DNA of 63,969 nt, the filler included, from Rhabdomonas costata (Eukaryota): NCBI GenBank assembly GCA_019059605.1. It is 46 parts of 46 records of this genome, joined end to end, with 100 filler letters (N's around TTAATTAATTAA, not from the genome) between each part and the next. Parts side by side here need not be neighbours in the genome. Positions count along the whole stretch, not along the records: positions 47,359 to 48,651 come from JAHMHO010020397.1; positions 48,752 to 50,043 come from JAHMHO010020398.1; positions 50,144 to 51,436 come from JAHMHO010020399.1; positions 51,537 to 52,829 come from JAHMHO010020400.1; positions 52,930 to 54,222 come from JAHMHO010020401.1; positions 54,323 to 55,615 come from JAHMHO010020402.1; positions 55,716 to 57,008 come from JAHMHO010020403.1; positions 57,109 to 58,401 come from JAHMHO010020404.1; 38 more parts are not named here. One strand, given 5' to 3'. A model generated the notes under the pieces. The model saw only the letters and a program-made list of their open reading frames with translations. It searched no databases and was not told where the DNA came from. Of this stretch, positions 47,868 through 61,350 are shown one piece after another. Every line of letters starts with the position of its first letter. The stretch's first letter is position 1. The position numbers were made by a program, and so were the translations under genes.

Positions 47868-50359
47868 CTGTTGGTTGTGCGTTTTTGATCACACAGTTTT
47901 GTTCTGAAAAGCAGCGGACCTATACGCATGGTCTGATTTGCAAAAGTTTCGGTTGTGCAGTTTTGTTTTGGCAACACCACGACGTACTTTTTTAAAAAAC
48001 CTTACGCCCCACACGACTTGAATATTGACTATAACATAATGTGAGCGAAGGGATAACTACCTCCTGGGGGGCACGCTTGCAACCCCTTATGAAAGCGTTA
48101 TCAGCGGACTAAGCGGATTGGCTGAATAACCCTTCGCGAATCTGATGTCTTACCCTCCCCCCTCCCTCGGAAAGGGGCGTCTGGTTCGAGGCAAATGCAA
48201 ACTGGACCCCACCTGGATTCATTGTTCTCATCGCCCAGACCAATGAATATCTTCACGCCACCAAAACACATACTTTGTAACTAGTGATGGCTTTGCAACT
48301 GGAAAAGGGTAAGCCACTCCACAAACCAAAACACCGCTTCCCCTATAAGAAGGGACCTCTCCACCTCCCACTCGTCTCAATATCCGATCAGAAACACACA
48401 GTCTCCCGGGGAGGGGCTTTCTATTGACCCTGAACCATGAGAGCGGGCGTGGCTCCACGGAAAGCTGATTGGGGAATCCAGGAGCACAACCTGAGACCAT
48501 TTAAGGTTTCAGGTTCAAAGGGCTGGCGACCAGAGCAAGGGGCGGTTCTGATAAAAACGCATCCCTCGTAGCCACCCGCTTTGATACCGTCGGGATTTCC
48601 CAAGGCAGATCTCCCCAAAAACTTAAAGCGCCTTTCTAAGTCACCCCAACCNNNNNNNNNNNNNNNNNNNNNNNNNNNNNNNNNNNNNNNNNNNNTTAAT
48701 TAATTAANNNNNNNNNNNNNNNNNNNNNNNNNNNNNNNNNNNNNNNNNNNNCAAGCGCGCAGGTTTACCCGCACTCACAGGTGCGGTGGTCCAGGGCCAT
48801 GCGGATCATCCCGGTCGCCTTCACGGCCATATGTAAACGCCCAACCGCCCGAACCAAGTGTAATCGCCCGACCTCCGCCCAAAGGATCACCACTCCAATA
48901 CGTGCGTTTTTTTGCGCGTTCCATTTGCCCTGTTCGGTTCGGCAAATTTCGGCGAACCGAGCGGTGTTGCATTGGAAGCTATTTGGACGCACAAACGTAT
49001 TTGGTTGTCAAAATATATTTTAACGTGGCAATGACCAGTTGCAGCTGAACTGGCGGAAGCCCTGTTTTTAGCAACCTGGACAGGCTCAAAAACGGGGTAA
49101 AGTGTCCAAATAAAAAAGCGGGAAATGCCAAAAGGAATGGGGAAATACAAAGAAGCAAAGTCTGTCTGTTTCCGAGCATTTTTACATGAAGTTTTGTTTT
49201 GGGTTTTTTCCCAGTTCAGGCGACCAACCACCGCTGCTCCCTTTCTGCCGTTCGGACGAACGGACGTTGCTGAGTTTTCCTTTGTATGTACTGCAGTGTG
49301 TGTGTGGTTCCTTCTCGAGCTATGGAACTATGTTCAACCTGATATTGGTCATCCTTTTTATGGATCCTTCTTTTGGGTGGTATAAGGCGACGGCGGCACC
49401 AAGTCCAAGCCCCAAAGGTGACCTATTGACCTATTTCACCATTTTTTGTGGCGGGGAACAGGGTCGAGAGAGCGAGGTCCCGTTTCAACAATTGTGTACC
49501 AGTTCGACCTAGGTGACAGGGCGCACCAAATGTCAAAAAGTCGAGGTCTGTGTGCGAAAAAGAGAGAGGGGACAGAGAGAGGGCGGCGTCCGGTAGAGAC
49601 GCGCCATTAGCAAGAGTGCGTTTAAGCGATCGGGTATTTTGTGCAACTAAGACGCCGAATGTGGAGCCCAAGATGCGGAAATTTCTGGAAAAGTTCTGTG
49701 TGTAGTGTTCTCCCCGTGGTGGGCTTTGGTCTTTTATCGCTGCCCGCGCCTTGTCGCGAGACTTGCGGCTACCGTACCTTTGTGCACCCGCCACGCGCCC
49801 CCTTTTTTGCCCTTCCCTGTGCCTCCGGCCGCTTCCATCGGACCATGTGCACCCCGATTTCACCACACGTTTTACAATCCAGCGTCTTGTTTCTTTTGTT
49901 TTCCCGCCCAGAAGTTTTCGGGTAATTCAGCTCTTTGGTTTGTGTCTTCTTTAGAAAGCGCCCATATGACGGCTCAGCCTTAAAATTTCGCAAAATTTTA
50001 AGGCTGAGCCGTCATATGGGCGCTTTCTAAAGAAAACACCAACNNNNNNNNNNNNNNNNNNNNNNNNNNNNNNNNNNNNNNNNNNNNTTAATTAATTAAN
50101 NNNNNNNNNNNNNNNNNNNNNNNNNNNNNNNNNNNNNNNNNNNGTGGTTTGTTGTTGAGGAGAAGCAGTCAGGGTTTCGCTCAAAAGCATTATCACTGGA
50201 GGTGTGCAACAGTTACAAGACCGTTGCAGAACCTGTCCAGCACCTTTTTTCTCCTCCGAGCGTCGCATTCTAACTTGCGGCGTTAAGTTAAGCGGCCTTC
50301 AACCTTCTCTTCAGGTGCATTCTTCTTGTGCTTTTTACGTTGTGCCTGGCATTCCCACA

Positions 50360-51436
50360 ATGGCGGAGCTCAAGGCATCACCGGAATTTGAGCTGTATCC
50401 CAGCAACCGCACCACGGAGGTCCGCTCCGTGATCGAGATGGTCTCTGGAGCGTCGGAGCGCCCGCGGGTCCCGTTCGAGCTTTGCTTCGTGCTGGACACC
50501 AGTGGCTCCATGGCGGGCACCAAGCTGAATAACCTGAAGGAGGCGGTGATTGCTGCGCTGGACTTGCTGGTGGAGGAGGACTTGATCCACATTGTGACGT
50601 ACAACAGCACCCCGAGTGCGCTGGTGGTCAGTAAGTCGAAGGCCGACCGGGTTATTGTCAGCGACGCGGTGAATGGAATGATCGCGACGGGATCCACGAA
50701 CATCTCTGCGGCGCTTCACTTTGGAGCCCAAATTCTGTCCCAAAACCCGCGAGACATGCTGAATCCTCCCCGACTCTTCCTGTACACCGACGGCCAGCCC
50801 TCGGAAGGACACTGCTCTGTGGAGGATCTCTCGGCGTTCGTGACGGAGCTGCACAACGAGCAGGGCATTGTGATGTCGGTGTTTGGGATTGGCACGGATG
50901 TCAACGCGGAGCTTCTGGAGGCGATGGCGGACAGCGGGGGTGGGCTTTACAGCTTCCTCACCGCCCGGCGCATTGTGGAGCTGACGCAGAAGGCGATGCG
51001 GGGCCTGGCCAGCGTGATCGGGACTCGGGGGACCATCAACGTGGAGCTTGCCTCTGCGGAGGTTCAGGTTCGCCAGCCCGTGGTAACCTCGGAAAATCGC
51101 CTGACCGAGGCACCGCATGGGGGCTTTGAGGTTCCGGTGGGGGACGTGCGGCACTCCAACCTGCACAACGTCGCCCTCGCCCTGACCGTTCCCGCCTCCA
51201 TGGCGCTTCCCGGAGAGGTTGCGCTGGCGACTGCCACACTTCGATACACCCCGGTGGAGAACCCGCTGTCCGTGGTCACCCGGACTGCAAGCATTGTGGT
51301 TAGGTTTTCGGGTGGTGACGAGGTGTCCGGCGTCCAGACCTCGGCACCCAGCGTGGTAGTGGCATTTGGGCTTGTGGGTATGTCAGCGCTCATCCAGGAG
51401 GCCGAGGCGCTGCTTTCGGACGGGCAGCGAGAGGAG
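50360..51436 (+). CDS. von Willebrand factor A domain protein (3' truncated, no introns)
   Basis: MIDAS FVLDTSGSM, GSTNISAAL, LFLYTDGQ, SVFGIGTDVNAELLEAMA..GGG.Y; a pyrimidine-rich AG at ~50314 precedes the ATG. Confidence 0.93.
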
Positions 51437-52196
51437 NNNNNNNNNNNNNNNNNNNNNNNNNNNNNNNNNNNNNNNNNNNNTTAATTAATTAANNNNNNNN
51501 NNNNNNNNNNNNNNNNNNNNNNNNNNNNNNNNNNNNTTGTTGGTGTGTTTGGTTGTGGTTGTGATAATTTGGAGTGTGCGTGCGTGTGTGAGTACAGGTG
51601 CTAGACAGCAGGAAGAATGACCTCGAGAAAAGGGGAATGGCTCGGCTTCGGCCTGAGGACCAACCGCTGTCTTGGCAATGACGATGCAAAAATTGAATTC
51701 TTGCCCACCGTCACAAATGAACGTGAACCGGGGAAACTCACCGACACTCCACCCAGAGCTAACCAAACGCTGCGGCAAAATACTGCCCGTTTCACCTCAA
51801 AACTGAGAGATGGAAAAACGCAAGCGGCGACATTTCGGACTGAGGTTTGAGGGGGAAAATCCCGTTTTCACTAATATTGTCGGAATGAAATGCGCTTGTG
51901 AGTTGCTTTCTGAGGGATTTGGGCGGGTGAATTGGGTGCAGCTTTCACCAACTGTGCTTCTGTGAATCCCCCAAATTTTGCTGACAGTGGTTGCGTTCCA
52001 GGCAACTGAACAATCTGCTCATTTTTGATGCACATCTTTCCTCAAAAATTCGAATGTTTGATGTTTGGGTGGAAAACTCTCATTTTTGAACTGAAATGCG
52101 CCAAAAAATGGCGTGAGCGAAGCGGTCACACGGTTTCCCAGAGCAGGAGAAGCCCGAGAACAGGATCTCCCAAAGAAAATAGAAGGAATGGCATAC

Positions 52197-52376
52197 CTCC
52201 GCTGCAGGCCGGGTAGGAGCCGATGAGCAGTGCCAGGCAGTCCGCGATGTTCAGGTGGTGCTGCCACGGCAGGTCCACCACGTTGTCCATCTCCACAAAC
52301 CCCTCCACGAGCTGCGCGTACTGCGCCGCCCGCAGTGCAGGGGACTCCTCCGCTCCCCCGCCGTGCAGCTCCACCC
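52197..52376 (-). CDS. Exon of an unknown protein
   Basis: AG/GT-bounded AAQYAQLVEGFVEMDNVVDLPWQHHLNIADCLALLIGSYP with very high GC3. Confidence 0.55.
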
Positions 52377-53197
52377 CTGCAGCAACCCCCCAACTACCGG
52401 ATCCCGTCGCTGCAGAGCGACGCAAAGTATGAGGGTAGGTCAGATTTTAGACGCCCTGGCAGATCATGTGGATAATTTAGTTGGAATGGGAGGGCGGTGG
52501 TCGCTCCTATGCGAACAATGCATTGAGCGTTCGGAGGATCGGGTTGAGGGGATCTGAACCCAAGGGCTCTGCCCATTCTAATCACTGGCACCACCACACT
52601 GTAATCCCCTCCCGCTGTGGCTTTCTCAGGTCGGAAAGACATGACCAGAACCAAAGGCTCCAGAAAAAGAAGGGACAGAGCGCAGTTCGCATGCTCTACT
52701 CCGTCTCTCAGTGAAGTGCAATCAAAACACGTGTGTTGGAGAGATACCACAGGGTCGTCAGAGGGGAATCCTGCAATCTAAGAATACGCACAAACACAAA
52801 AAATCACACAGAGAAAAATAAGAAAAACCNNNNNNNNNNNNNNNNNNNNNNNNNNNNNNNNNNNNNNNNNNNNTTAATTAATTAANNNNNNNNNNNNNNN
52901 NNNNNNNNNNNNNNNNNNNNNNNNNNNNNAGGTTGTGGGTTCCAATGTGCGGGTTCCAGTAGCACAGCACCAGCATACATCTGGCACGAATGGACGGGAA
53001 GGCAACCTCCAGAGTTACCAGTAGCCTGTTGTGCCAGTCCGATAACGCTTGATCCTTGCACGCGGTGGAGGAACCAAGGGAGTCCGTAGGACGTCCTGGC
53101 GATTCGAACGAGGTATTAGGACAGCTGGACAGGTTATTGAAGGAGTGCGGACTTGGAGACCCCTTCCACTACTTGTTGTCACCCCTCTCTCTCCAGG

Positions 53198-53484
53198 TTT
53201 CCCCCTTCGTAACCATAATCGCCCGCGCCTGGGTATACGGGGCGACCTTCGACCGCTACGTCACCTACAGCTGGCATTGCGTCTTATGCCTGTCCCCAAG
53301 CGCGGTGCTGCTGATGGTCACCATGGTGGTTCCTGCCTATATTCTTGTGTACTGGATTGTTTGCAAGCCCTTGAAGCGCTGCAGGGAATCGGCCGGTGGT
53401 GAGGTCGCGGGTCCTGTGCCCAGCAGCCCTCCTGCGGTAGAGGGCAGTTGCCCAGTTGATGCTGCCCGAGTTTCAGAGGGTTAG
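53198..53484 (+). CDS. Probable terminal exon of a membrane protein
   Basis: Pyrimidine tract and CAG, then hydrophobic AVLLMVTMVVPAYILVYWIVC and a stop; family not identified. Confidence 0.45.
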
Positions 53485-54752
53485 CAGCTAAAAACCTGCA
53501 TCTTCATCTGCTGAGCTGATTGCAGATATGAGGCCGTTGCCAGTAGTGGCCACAGGCCATGAAGCAGAGTTGCTCGCCACCGCCAGTCGCTGCTCTCACG
53601 GTCCAGATGCGTGCAGCAAGCGGAGCTTGCAGCAAGGCTTCGTTTAGTGGTTCGATTTTTGCTTGCTTGTTTCATTGTATTATTGGGTTCTTGGATTCAC
53701 GAGTGTAGTCCAGATGAAAAATCGCCTCTTCTGTGGAGCGTTCGCTGCTTTTATGCAGGCAGATGGCATGCCCGTACTTCTGAACATTTGTGGCCAATGC
53801 CCGGCGAAATGGGCAAGTTCGATTTTTGGGGGGGGGGGGGAACAGAAGTTATCCCAACCCTCTCCTTTCCAGCGGCGCTGAGGGAAAGCCGCGTTTCAAG
53901 CAAAAACCTGTGAAACCTTCACAGTGAGTGGGCATCAAGATTCACCGTGGAGTTTTTTCCACCACACGTAAACCGTAAGCGGAGGTAAGCGGAGCGCGGG
54001 TTTCACCAGGCGGTATGGATCCAGCCTCCACCCTGTCCATTCATCATCAGGTGTGTGCCAGTTGACACGCAGGGGGGTTACTTTCTCTCGCAATCTGCAA
54101 AGGCTTGGGGCATTTAAGATCACTTTGTAGATGTGCACACACACACACACACACACACACTTGCACTAGGCACGCACGGAAGCACGCACACACACACGCA
54201 CACACAAAAACAACACGTCAAGNNNNNNNNNNNNNNNNNNNNNNNNNNNNNNNNNNNNNNNNNNNNTTAATTAATTAANNNNNNNNNNNNNNNNNNNNNN
54301 NNNNNNNNNNNNNNNNNNNNNNGGTTGGGTGTCACCACCCTGTAAAACGATTAGATAATTCATTTCAAACGGTGCAGGACGATTAAACATCCAAATCTGA
54401 GGGCACAGCCGAAGCAGGTCCGGGGTCTTTTCATTGTACCTCCCGAAACGCTGGGGTGGCGCATCCTCACACCGCCATCTACCCGTGCCCCTTGGCGGCT
54501 CCTCCATTTTGTACAGAACGAACTACGACGTTCCATTAAAGTTTCATAGCCCCCCATCCCATACGAATTCCATCAATATGTCGCCCTAACTTCATGCAGC
54601 ACAAAGGCAATCGAAACAAAAGCCGTCGAGGGCAAATGGTCAGATGGTCCTGAAATAGATCCATTGAGTAAAAATCATCTGGGGGGACCTTATGCCCATA
54701 AACTGGTGCTCATGTTCCCCGCAACACCATCCTTTCCCTTCTTGCCCGCAGG

Positions 54753-55150
54753 CAGGAACACAGCGTAAACCCCCGCAAACAAGGGGTCTTCCCCTGCGCC
54801 CATGGCCAGGGCGCGCCGGAACAGCTCATCGGCCTCCTCCTCGTCGACGTGCTAATCACGAGGGCCAGAGAGGTCAATGCGCGGAGGTTATCGGGCTCAT
54901 CCGCGAGCACCCCTCGGAGCGCGGCGATGGCCTCTGGGCCGCGCTGGTTCAGCAGGTGCTCTTGGGCCTTGGCGAGGCCAGGGTGCTGCGGGGGGTCACT
55001 CCCACCAGTGCTGCCAGAGGAGATGGTGGTGGTGGTGGTAGAGTACAGAGCGACAGGGCGGAGGAGTAAGTGGGGCTGCGGGAGGCCTCGCGGCGCACAG
55101 AGGCGATGGGAGGCTTGGATGAGGAAAAGCCGAAAAAGGGCCATGCTCAT
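54753..55150 (-). CDS. TPR-repeat protein with probable mitochondrial transit peptide; frameshift near 54855
   Basis: R/L/A-rich N-terminus without acidic residues; EAIAALRGVLADEPDNLRALTSLAL, then in a shifted frame HVDEEEADELFRRALAM..EDPLFAGVYAVFL. Confidence 0.7.
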
Positions 55151-57624
55151 ATAAAAGAAGAAAGGGCTCTCTGATTCAGTGGTTCCGAAACCAAGGAAGG
55201 GGCGGAAGTTGAGAGACGACCGTTATCTTGGAGTGTGCCTGTCAACCAGACGGTAGGATGGTCACAAAGGGCGAACGCCACTGGAAGCGAGTCACTCTAT
55301 GTCAATACGGAATTCACTCCAAACGAAACCTGAAGCGCGGTGGACTTAAGCATGCACACACACACACAGGAAGATGCACAGTGCGGGGACCAGAATAATC
55401 AGTGGTGCGTAAATTGGCACTGGTATTTTCTGTGGAGAGACGTTTAACGTTCAACGTTCAGTGATACATCGTCAATATTTTTGTTGTACTCTTATTAACC
55501 TAATCCATCCAGTATGTCCGTGTTTTGGCCCGCGCTGTGCTTTTAACCCCTTTCTTAAATAAAAATATGGCATGGACCAGCCCAACTTTTGACACAATCC
55601 CTGCGCCCCACCAACNNNNNNNNNNNNNNNNNNNNNNNNNNNNNNNNNNNNNNNNNNNNTTAATTAATTAANNNNNNNNNNNNNNNNNNNNNNNNNNNNN
55701 NNNNNNNNNNNNNNNTGTTGGGTGTGTTGGGTCCATTTGGTTTCTTCAGCTTCCACCCACGCGACGTATTCTCGGCTTTTAATGACGCTCCCAGAGAACT
55801 AGTTCGTGAAAGAAAAGTGTATCATTGCAACTGGAATACTGCGTCACGCAGAGTCAGACCTGGGTATCCTCATCATGGCTCATCGTGGGGTAGAAGGTCT
55901 GGATAAGGTTTGTTGTCGCCAAGATTTCGTTTGCATGTTTGTATTTCCTTTCCAAGGCTTTCAGAAAAGTTTCTGGCCGAGAAGCTCACCGAAAGGACTC
56001 TCACGGACACAGGTCCATATTTTCTCTCCCCACACCCTCCTTTGTCCTGGTCTGTTTTGAACCCTCCTTGCTCCTGCCTCCTTCCCCCGCATTTCGCACC
56101 GACTCAAATGCTGATGAAGAAAATAGTTTGAGTGCCAATAATACTCTACTAAATGTTGCCTGAAAAGCATCATATCGCGGCATCAGCAAAACTCCAATGG
56201 ACCACGTCCAGTCCTTATCATCCTCACTGCACCCGCAGGCTTTCCGATGGCTCAGCTCCAAGGTTCTTTAACGTGGGCCCAACTGCTGTTGCCATAACTG
56301 TGTTGAGCGGTCAGGTTGACTCAGGGCTCTTTCCTCGTCGTCTGTGTTGCGGGCGCTGGTCTCTTTGCACCACGAAGGTAACGGTCGCTTGCGGGGCTAC
56401 TAACTGCCACTTTCTCTGACTCCGCGTGCGACCCACATCCTCTTTTTTCGACCGTTTTTCTCTTCTCAGGGCGGCCGTCACCCCCTCCGCTTGTCGATGG
56501 CCCTTTCCCCAAGCAAGCTGCTTCCTCCCATCGTGTCATGCAGAAGCAGAAGCAGCACCAGCAGGAAGGAAGTGGGCCATTGCCGCTCACCCCGCCAGCA
56601 GCCATGGAGATCCCCACCCCTGAGGTCCCGGGCAGCTCCTCCTCCCTCGCTGCCGCTCGTGCTGAAGTGGAGGCCTTCCTTGGGGTCTGGCGGTACACGT
56701 TGCATGGCAAGAGAATTGTGTAGGCCACCCGCAGACCCTGTCGAGACAGCCAACACCTCTTTTTCCAGCGCTGCAGTGGCTCTGATGGCCTGAGCTGCGT
56801 AAGCCACGCACTGGCCCAAGTGGGGGAGCCCCGCTGCTTTATCCCCTGTTTGGCGAAGGCGTCCTCGCGAAGGCTGACTTCGTTTACGAATCCGGGCAAT
56901 GTGGCAGTGAAGTTAGGCTTTACGATGTGTTTCATCGTGTGGAGTGACGTCACTGCCGCGGATGTGTACTTGTATTCCTGCACTTCAGTGGCGTCACTCC
57001 ACACAAAANNNNNNNNNNNNNNNNNNNNNNNNNNNNNNNNNNNNNNNNNNNNTTAATTAATTAANNNNNNNNNNNNNNNNNNNNNNNNNNNNNNNNNNNN
57101 NNNNNNNNGGGTTGGTGTGACTGCTGTGCTGCTGTGCCCTTTCTTGTCTCTTGTCAAAGGCGGTGGGTTGTGTTTCCGAGATTTCGAGAAGCGATTCTTC
57201 GGCATTCTTTAGCTGCCGACGAAACATTTGGTCAAGTCGAACGTGCGGAAGCCATCGCATTTAAAAGTCAGTTGTTGCATTGCAGAGAGTTTTTATATTT
57301 CCACAGCTTGGGCGACTAGTCCCAACCCCTTGCGTACCAAACTGCAGTATCAGGACTGCGGAAGAGAGGGAAAGTGAACATGCAGGTTTTGAACAGGACG
57401 TAGTGGGCAGCCCGTTGTGTTGTTTTGCGAACTTGTCAGCATTAACCGGAGCTTTTTTCGCATCTTCCGCCGCTATCGAATTAGATCGTTTGAAGATATC
57501 GCTTCTTCTCCAACAGCACTTTTACATTATACATGATCCACGTCCTTTCTGCGTGGAGTAAAGCCTTCCGAAGCCTCGCGCCCGCCCCTTTGTGCTTTCG
57601 CTTTTGGTTGTTCTCCAGTTGTGC

Positions 57625-57660
57625 TTTTTCCCATTATTTTTCCCATTATTTTTCCCATTA
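57625..57660 (+). repeat. Minisatellite, 12-bp unit, 3 copies
   Basis: tttttcccatta repeated three times. Confidence 0.9.
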
Positions 57661-58645
57661 TGCTTGACGTTTTTACACTGCCGAAAGCCAGGCGGCCGAG
57701 TCCCACGTATACGTGCAGCTCGGGTCTTTGCTTGCGTCGATGACCTCGGAGATCCCACCGGCCAAACCAACTCTTGGGTCCCACTTTGCATTCCGCTAAT
57801 GATGTCTTCGTGAAAATAGTGCCCCGTGAGAAAAAAAACTGATAGGACCACGCGATGCTGGGGTGGTACTTTGGCCTGACTTTTGCGCCAACCTCCTTTC
57901 CCGGTCGCAAAAGTGCAGTTCATTTTGCATCGCGAGTTTGTCATATGCAGTAGGTCGCATGGTGTCTCCAAATCTTTGCATCAGGTCTTTGACTCACAGT
58001 GACGGGCACATCAGAGCCAAGCACTTCGCCTGAGCATCTGAATGCATCATCAACAACTTTTGAATGGTGCAAATTGTTCGCCCTGAAGTACAGATAACGG
58101 CACCAGGGAGCAACCATGAGAGCTGTTCAGGACCAAAGAAGAAAGAATTTGCCCCAAAACTTTTCATATATACCTAGTTCCGATTACCAATTGCAGCCAA
58201 AAGCTCAACCTGAGGTTGCCGTCCCCGTGGACCCCCAGTGAACGTATGTCTCCATACTCCCACTCCCCCAATGGCGGTCATCCCACCGCCGACAACGAAA
58301 CCGATGGAGCCGATGACGCCCACCAGCTCTTCCTGCTGTCGGAGATGGACTCCCAGTGTGCGGCCTGCCTCGCATCGCTCTCGGCCATCGCCAAACCCCC
58401 CNNNNNNNNNNNNNNNNNNNNNNNNNNNNNNNNNNNNNNNNNNNNTTAATTAATTAANNNNNNNNNNNNNNNNNNNNNNNNNNNNNNNNNNNNNNNNNNN
58501 NGTGTTGGTGTGTTTGGTGGTGGTGTGGACTGCGCGGTACGCGGGAGCCCCTGGCCCCTTCAGCGGGTCTCACAATTGCCTCGGCGCTGAGGAGACCGCA
58601 GTCGAGATAGAGAGGTAGAACGAGAGAGGAGGTGGGGGGGCATAC

Positions 58646-58783
58646 TCTTTTCTGATTGGCCGCCTCGTCACCGCCGACGCTGGAGTGCAGCTGTGCCAGC
58701 TCCTCGCGCATGTGGTGGGCCTCTGCGGCCAGTGGGAGCAGCCTGCCCTGGACCTCCGCCAGCTGAGCCTTGTACCCATCCAG
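58646..58783 (-). CDS. Exon of a coiled-coil protein
   Basis: AAG|LDGYKAQLAEVQGRLLPLAAEAHHMREELAQL...QKR|GTATG. Confidence 0.55.
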
Positions 58784-61350
58784 CTTTTTTTTTCGGCGGA
58801 CAGGATGCGAGTGTGCGCGTGAGATGGGAACTGCTAATAAACGTTTTGGTTTTGCTAGAAATCTTTGAAGCAGAATGCAGAATGACTCTTCGTCGCCGGT
58901 TTCTTGAACATACACAGAATTACCCTGCCTCTCCGTTCTAGGAATCCTGGGCAGGGCATAGGAATCCTGGGCAACGGTAGAATCACCAAGCGGAAGGATC
59001 CAGCACTCCTGCTGGGCTGCGGGTGCACAAAAAAGGCAAAAACGGGCACTCTTCGGCGCCAATCCAGCATTCCATCAACACAAACTCAAGCGCATTCATG
59101 AGGGCACGCACGAGATAACTGAGTGTTCTACAATAATTCCACAATTTGCTGCGAAAACGTGCGCAATATGGACAGGAGCCAAATCTGCACAAGAACCCCG
59201 CGCACCGTGCTGGGACGCCATCCCTCACGGGCGCCGCGTGTGTCGTTCTGCCAGGTCGGGTCCTTTGCTGTAATGCGCTTAGTCACCGAGCCCGTCGAGT
59301 CCATCGTGTTAACGCCGCGGCGCTGTAACAACAAAAAACACCCGTAATTGGCAAACGGGGGTGGGATTGCGGATGTGTGAGTTTTTGACAAGAAGTCGAA
59401 GACTTGTCACGGACGACGGGCACATACGACTGAAGATGAACGGGCGCGAAAACAAAAACGAAGTCCGATTTCAGTTTTTTCACGATGACTTGGCTGGCTA
59501 TTTTGAGGTTGGTTTTCCTTGGTTTGTCCGACAAGGTGCAAGTTCTGACATTACGGTGTAACCTGTTTCATTGCATTATGGATATTGCATATGGGTGGGG
59601 CACCACCTGAACCCTACACTGCACAGAGAACAGGGAAGTCCTAGATCTGATCGAGTGCTCAGGTTGATGGTGCAAAGCATCCATCGGGCACGAAACGGGA
59701 TGTTGCAGAATCGTTTTTCACAGTATTTGCAATGTTAAAAAAATACCCAGGCACTTCAAAGTAAAAACAAAACACACCAAACACACCCACCACNNNNNNN
59801 NNNNNNNNNNNNNNNNNNNNNNNNNNNNNNNNNNNNNTTAATTAATTAANNNNNNNNNNNNNNNNNNNNNNNNNNNNNNNNNNNNNNNNNNNNGTGGGGT
59901 GGTGGAGAAGAGACGTAGGGAGGGATGCAAGGGACTGGTGCAGGTGAGTACCGAGGGCTCGGCAGGAGGCAGCTCCACGGCCCACTGGGTGAGTGCGGGG
60001 GAGGCCTTTGCAGAGGTCCCCAGGGGCTTGGGCAGAGCAAAAAGGTTATCTGGCATACGCTCCATGAGAGGAGGCTGGTCCGATGGGGCCACAGAGGGAC
60101 TCGGGTGGGGAGACCTCTCACCGCCCACCACACCGTCGGCCTGGAAGGATTCAGTGGGGTAGGGAAATTCCCGCTTCGTCAATTCTTCAAAAGGTCACAA
60201 CTGCGTACGCCGCGAATCAAGGTGGTACCTAGCGATCATTTGGACGGAAACGGACAAAAAAGGGAGCAGTGTGCAGTTATTTTGAATTGTGTTTTGTTCG
60301 CATGGTCTGAAACTGCACAGACATTTCCGCGGCAGCTAGCTCTGCACCCAAAACCTTTCGGCTCAAAATTTGTGACCTTTTGAGATGACACGGTAGCAAG
60401 AAGGAGCGCGACGGTACTACAACGACTGCCCCGGACAAGATATACGTTCCATAACGATTATCGCCAGTCACGGAGATGGGTGGTGCACTCCGAAAGTTCA
60501 CATGATGGAGGACATCTCGCCAAATCGGCCGTATGCTAACTGGGTATGTGTGTTAACTGAAAAAGATCGCTGGTGGACGGAATACAGCCAGAGAAAGAGG
60601 GGGGGCACATTGGTAAACGCCTTTTCTTATGAACCAGTTCACAAGTTGTAAATAAATAAACGTGCGACCACCTCGCCATCGCTCGCCGTCCCAACGGGCT
60701 CCGCAGAGAAACCCGGCGAGCCTGAGAAACACAAAAAGAAGCCTGAAAACGCAGCCAGTGCGTGAGTGTGTGTGTGGATCCCCCCAGCCCCTTGCCAACA
60801 AAGGGTTTTACTCAATCCACCAAGCTCTTGCAGCTTCTTCCTGCAGCATGGGGAGGTAGCGGCAGGGGTTTGCTATTCGAGGATGCCAACTTCACCCACC
60901 CCTAACTTGCTTCGAAAAAAACTAATTCTACTTTCGAAGATGTCTCAGCTCTCCGCGAAGGTACTGGAGTTGCCTGCAGAGCTGTGGGCCATGCTGTTGG
61001 CTTGCATGCGAGTACTTATCAGAAAAAACACGTCTGCTTGAGCAATAAAAGCGCTTCACCGAGCAGCCAATATTTCACAGTAGAGGATGGTGATCAAAAG
61101 TATGCTTTCCTGCTGCCTGGGAACAGCTTTTCATACTTTTCGGGTTAGTAAATGCCTTTATCAGACCAGAGGACACGTCAAAATTNNNNNNNNNNNNNNN
61201 NNNNNNNNNNNNNNNNNNNNNNNNNNNNNTTAATTAATTAANNNNNNNNNNNNNNNNNNNNNNNNNNNNNNNNNNNNNNNNNNNNGGGTGTTGGTGCTTC
61301 CCAGAATTCCGCATCATGCTTGCTTTGGTGCGTTATGGGGAGGGGGAGAC

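Noticed and set aside
49947..50034. 42-bp perfect hairpin (hairpin telomere or terminator?)
   Set aside because: Perfect and terminal; most likely self-priming during amplification.
56321..57004. 227-aa minus-strand ORF and GC-rich plus-strand segments
   Set aside because: No motif and no consistent exon model; like most ORFs in the supplied track it is probably a shadow frame.
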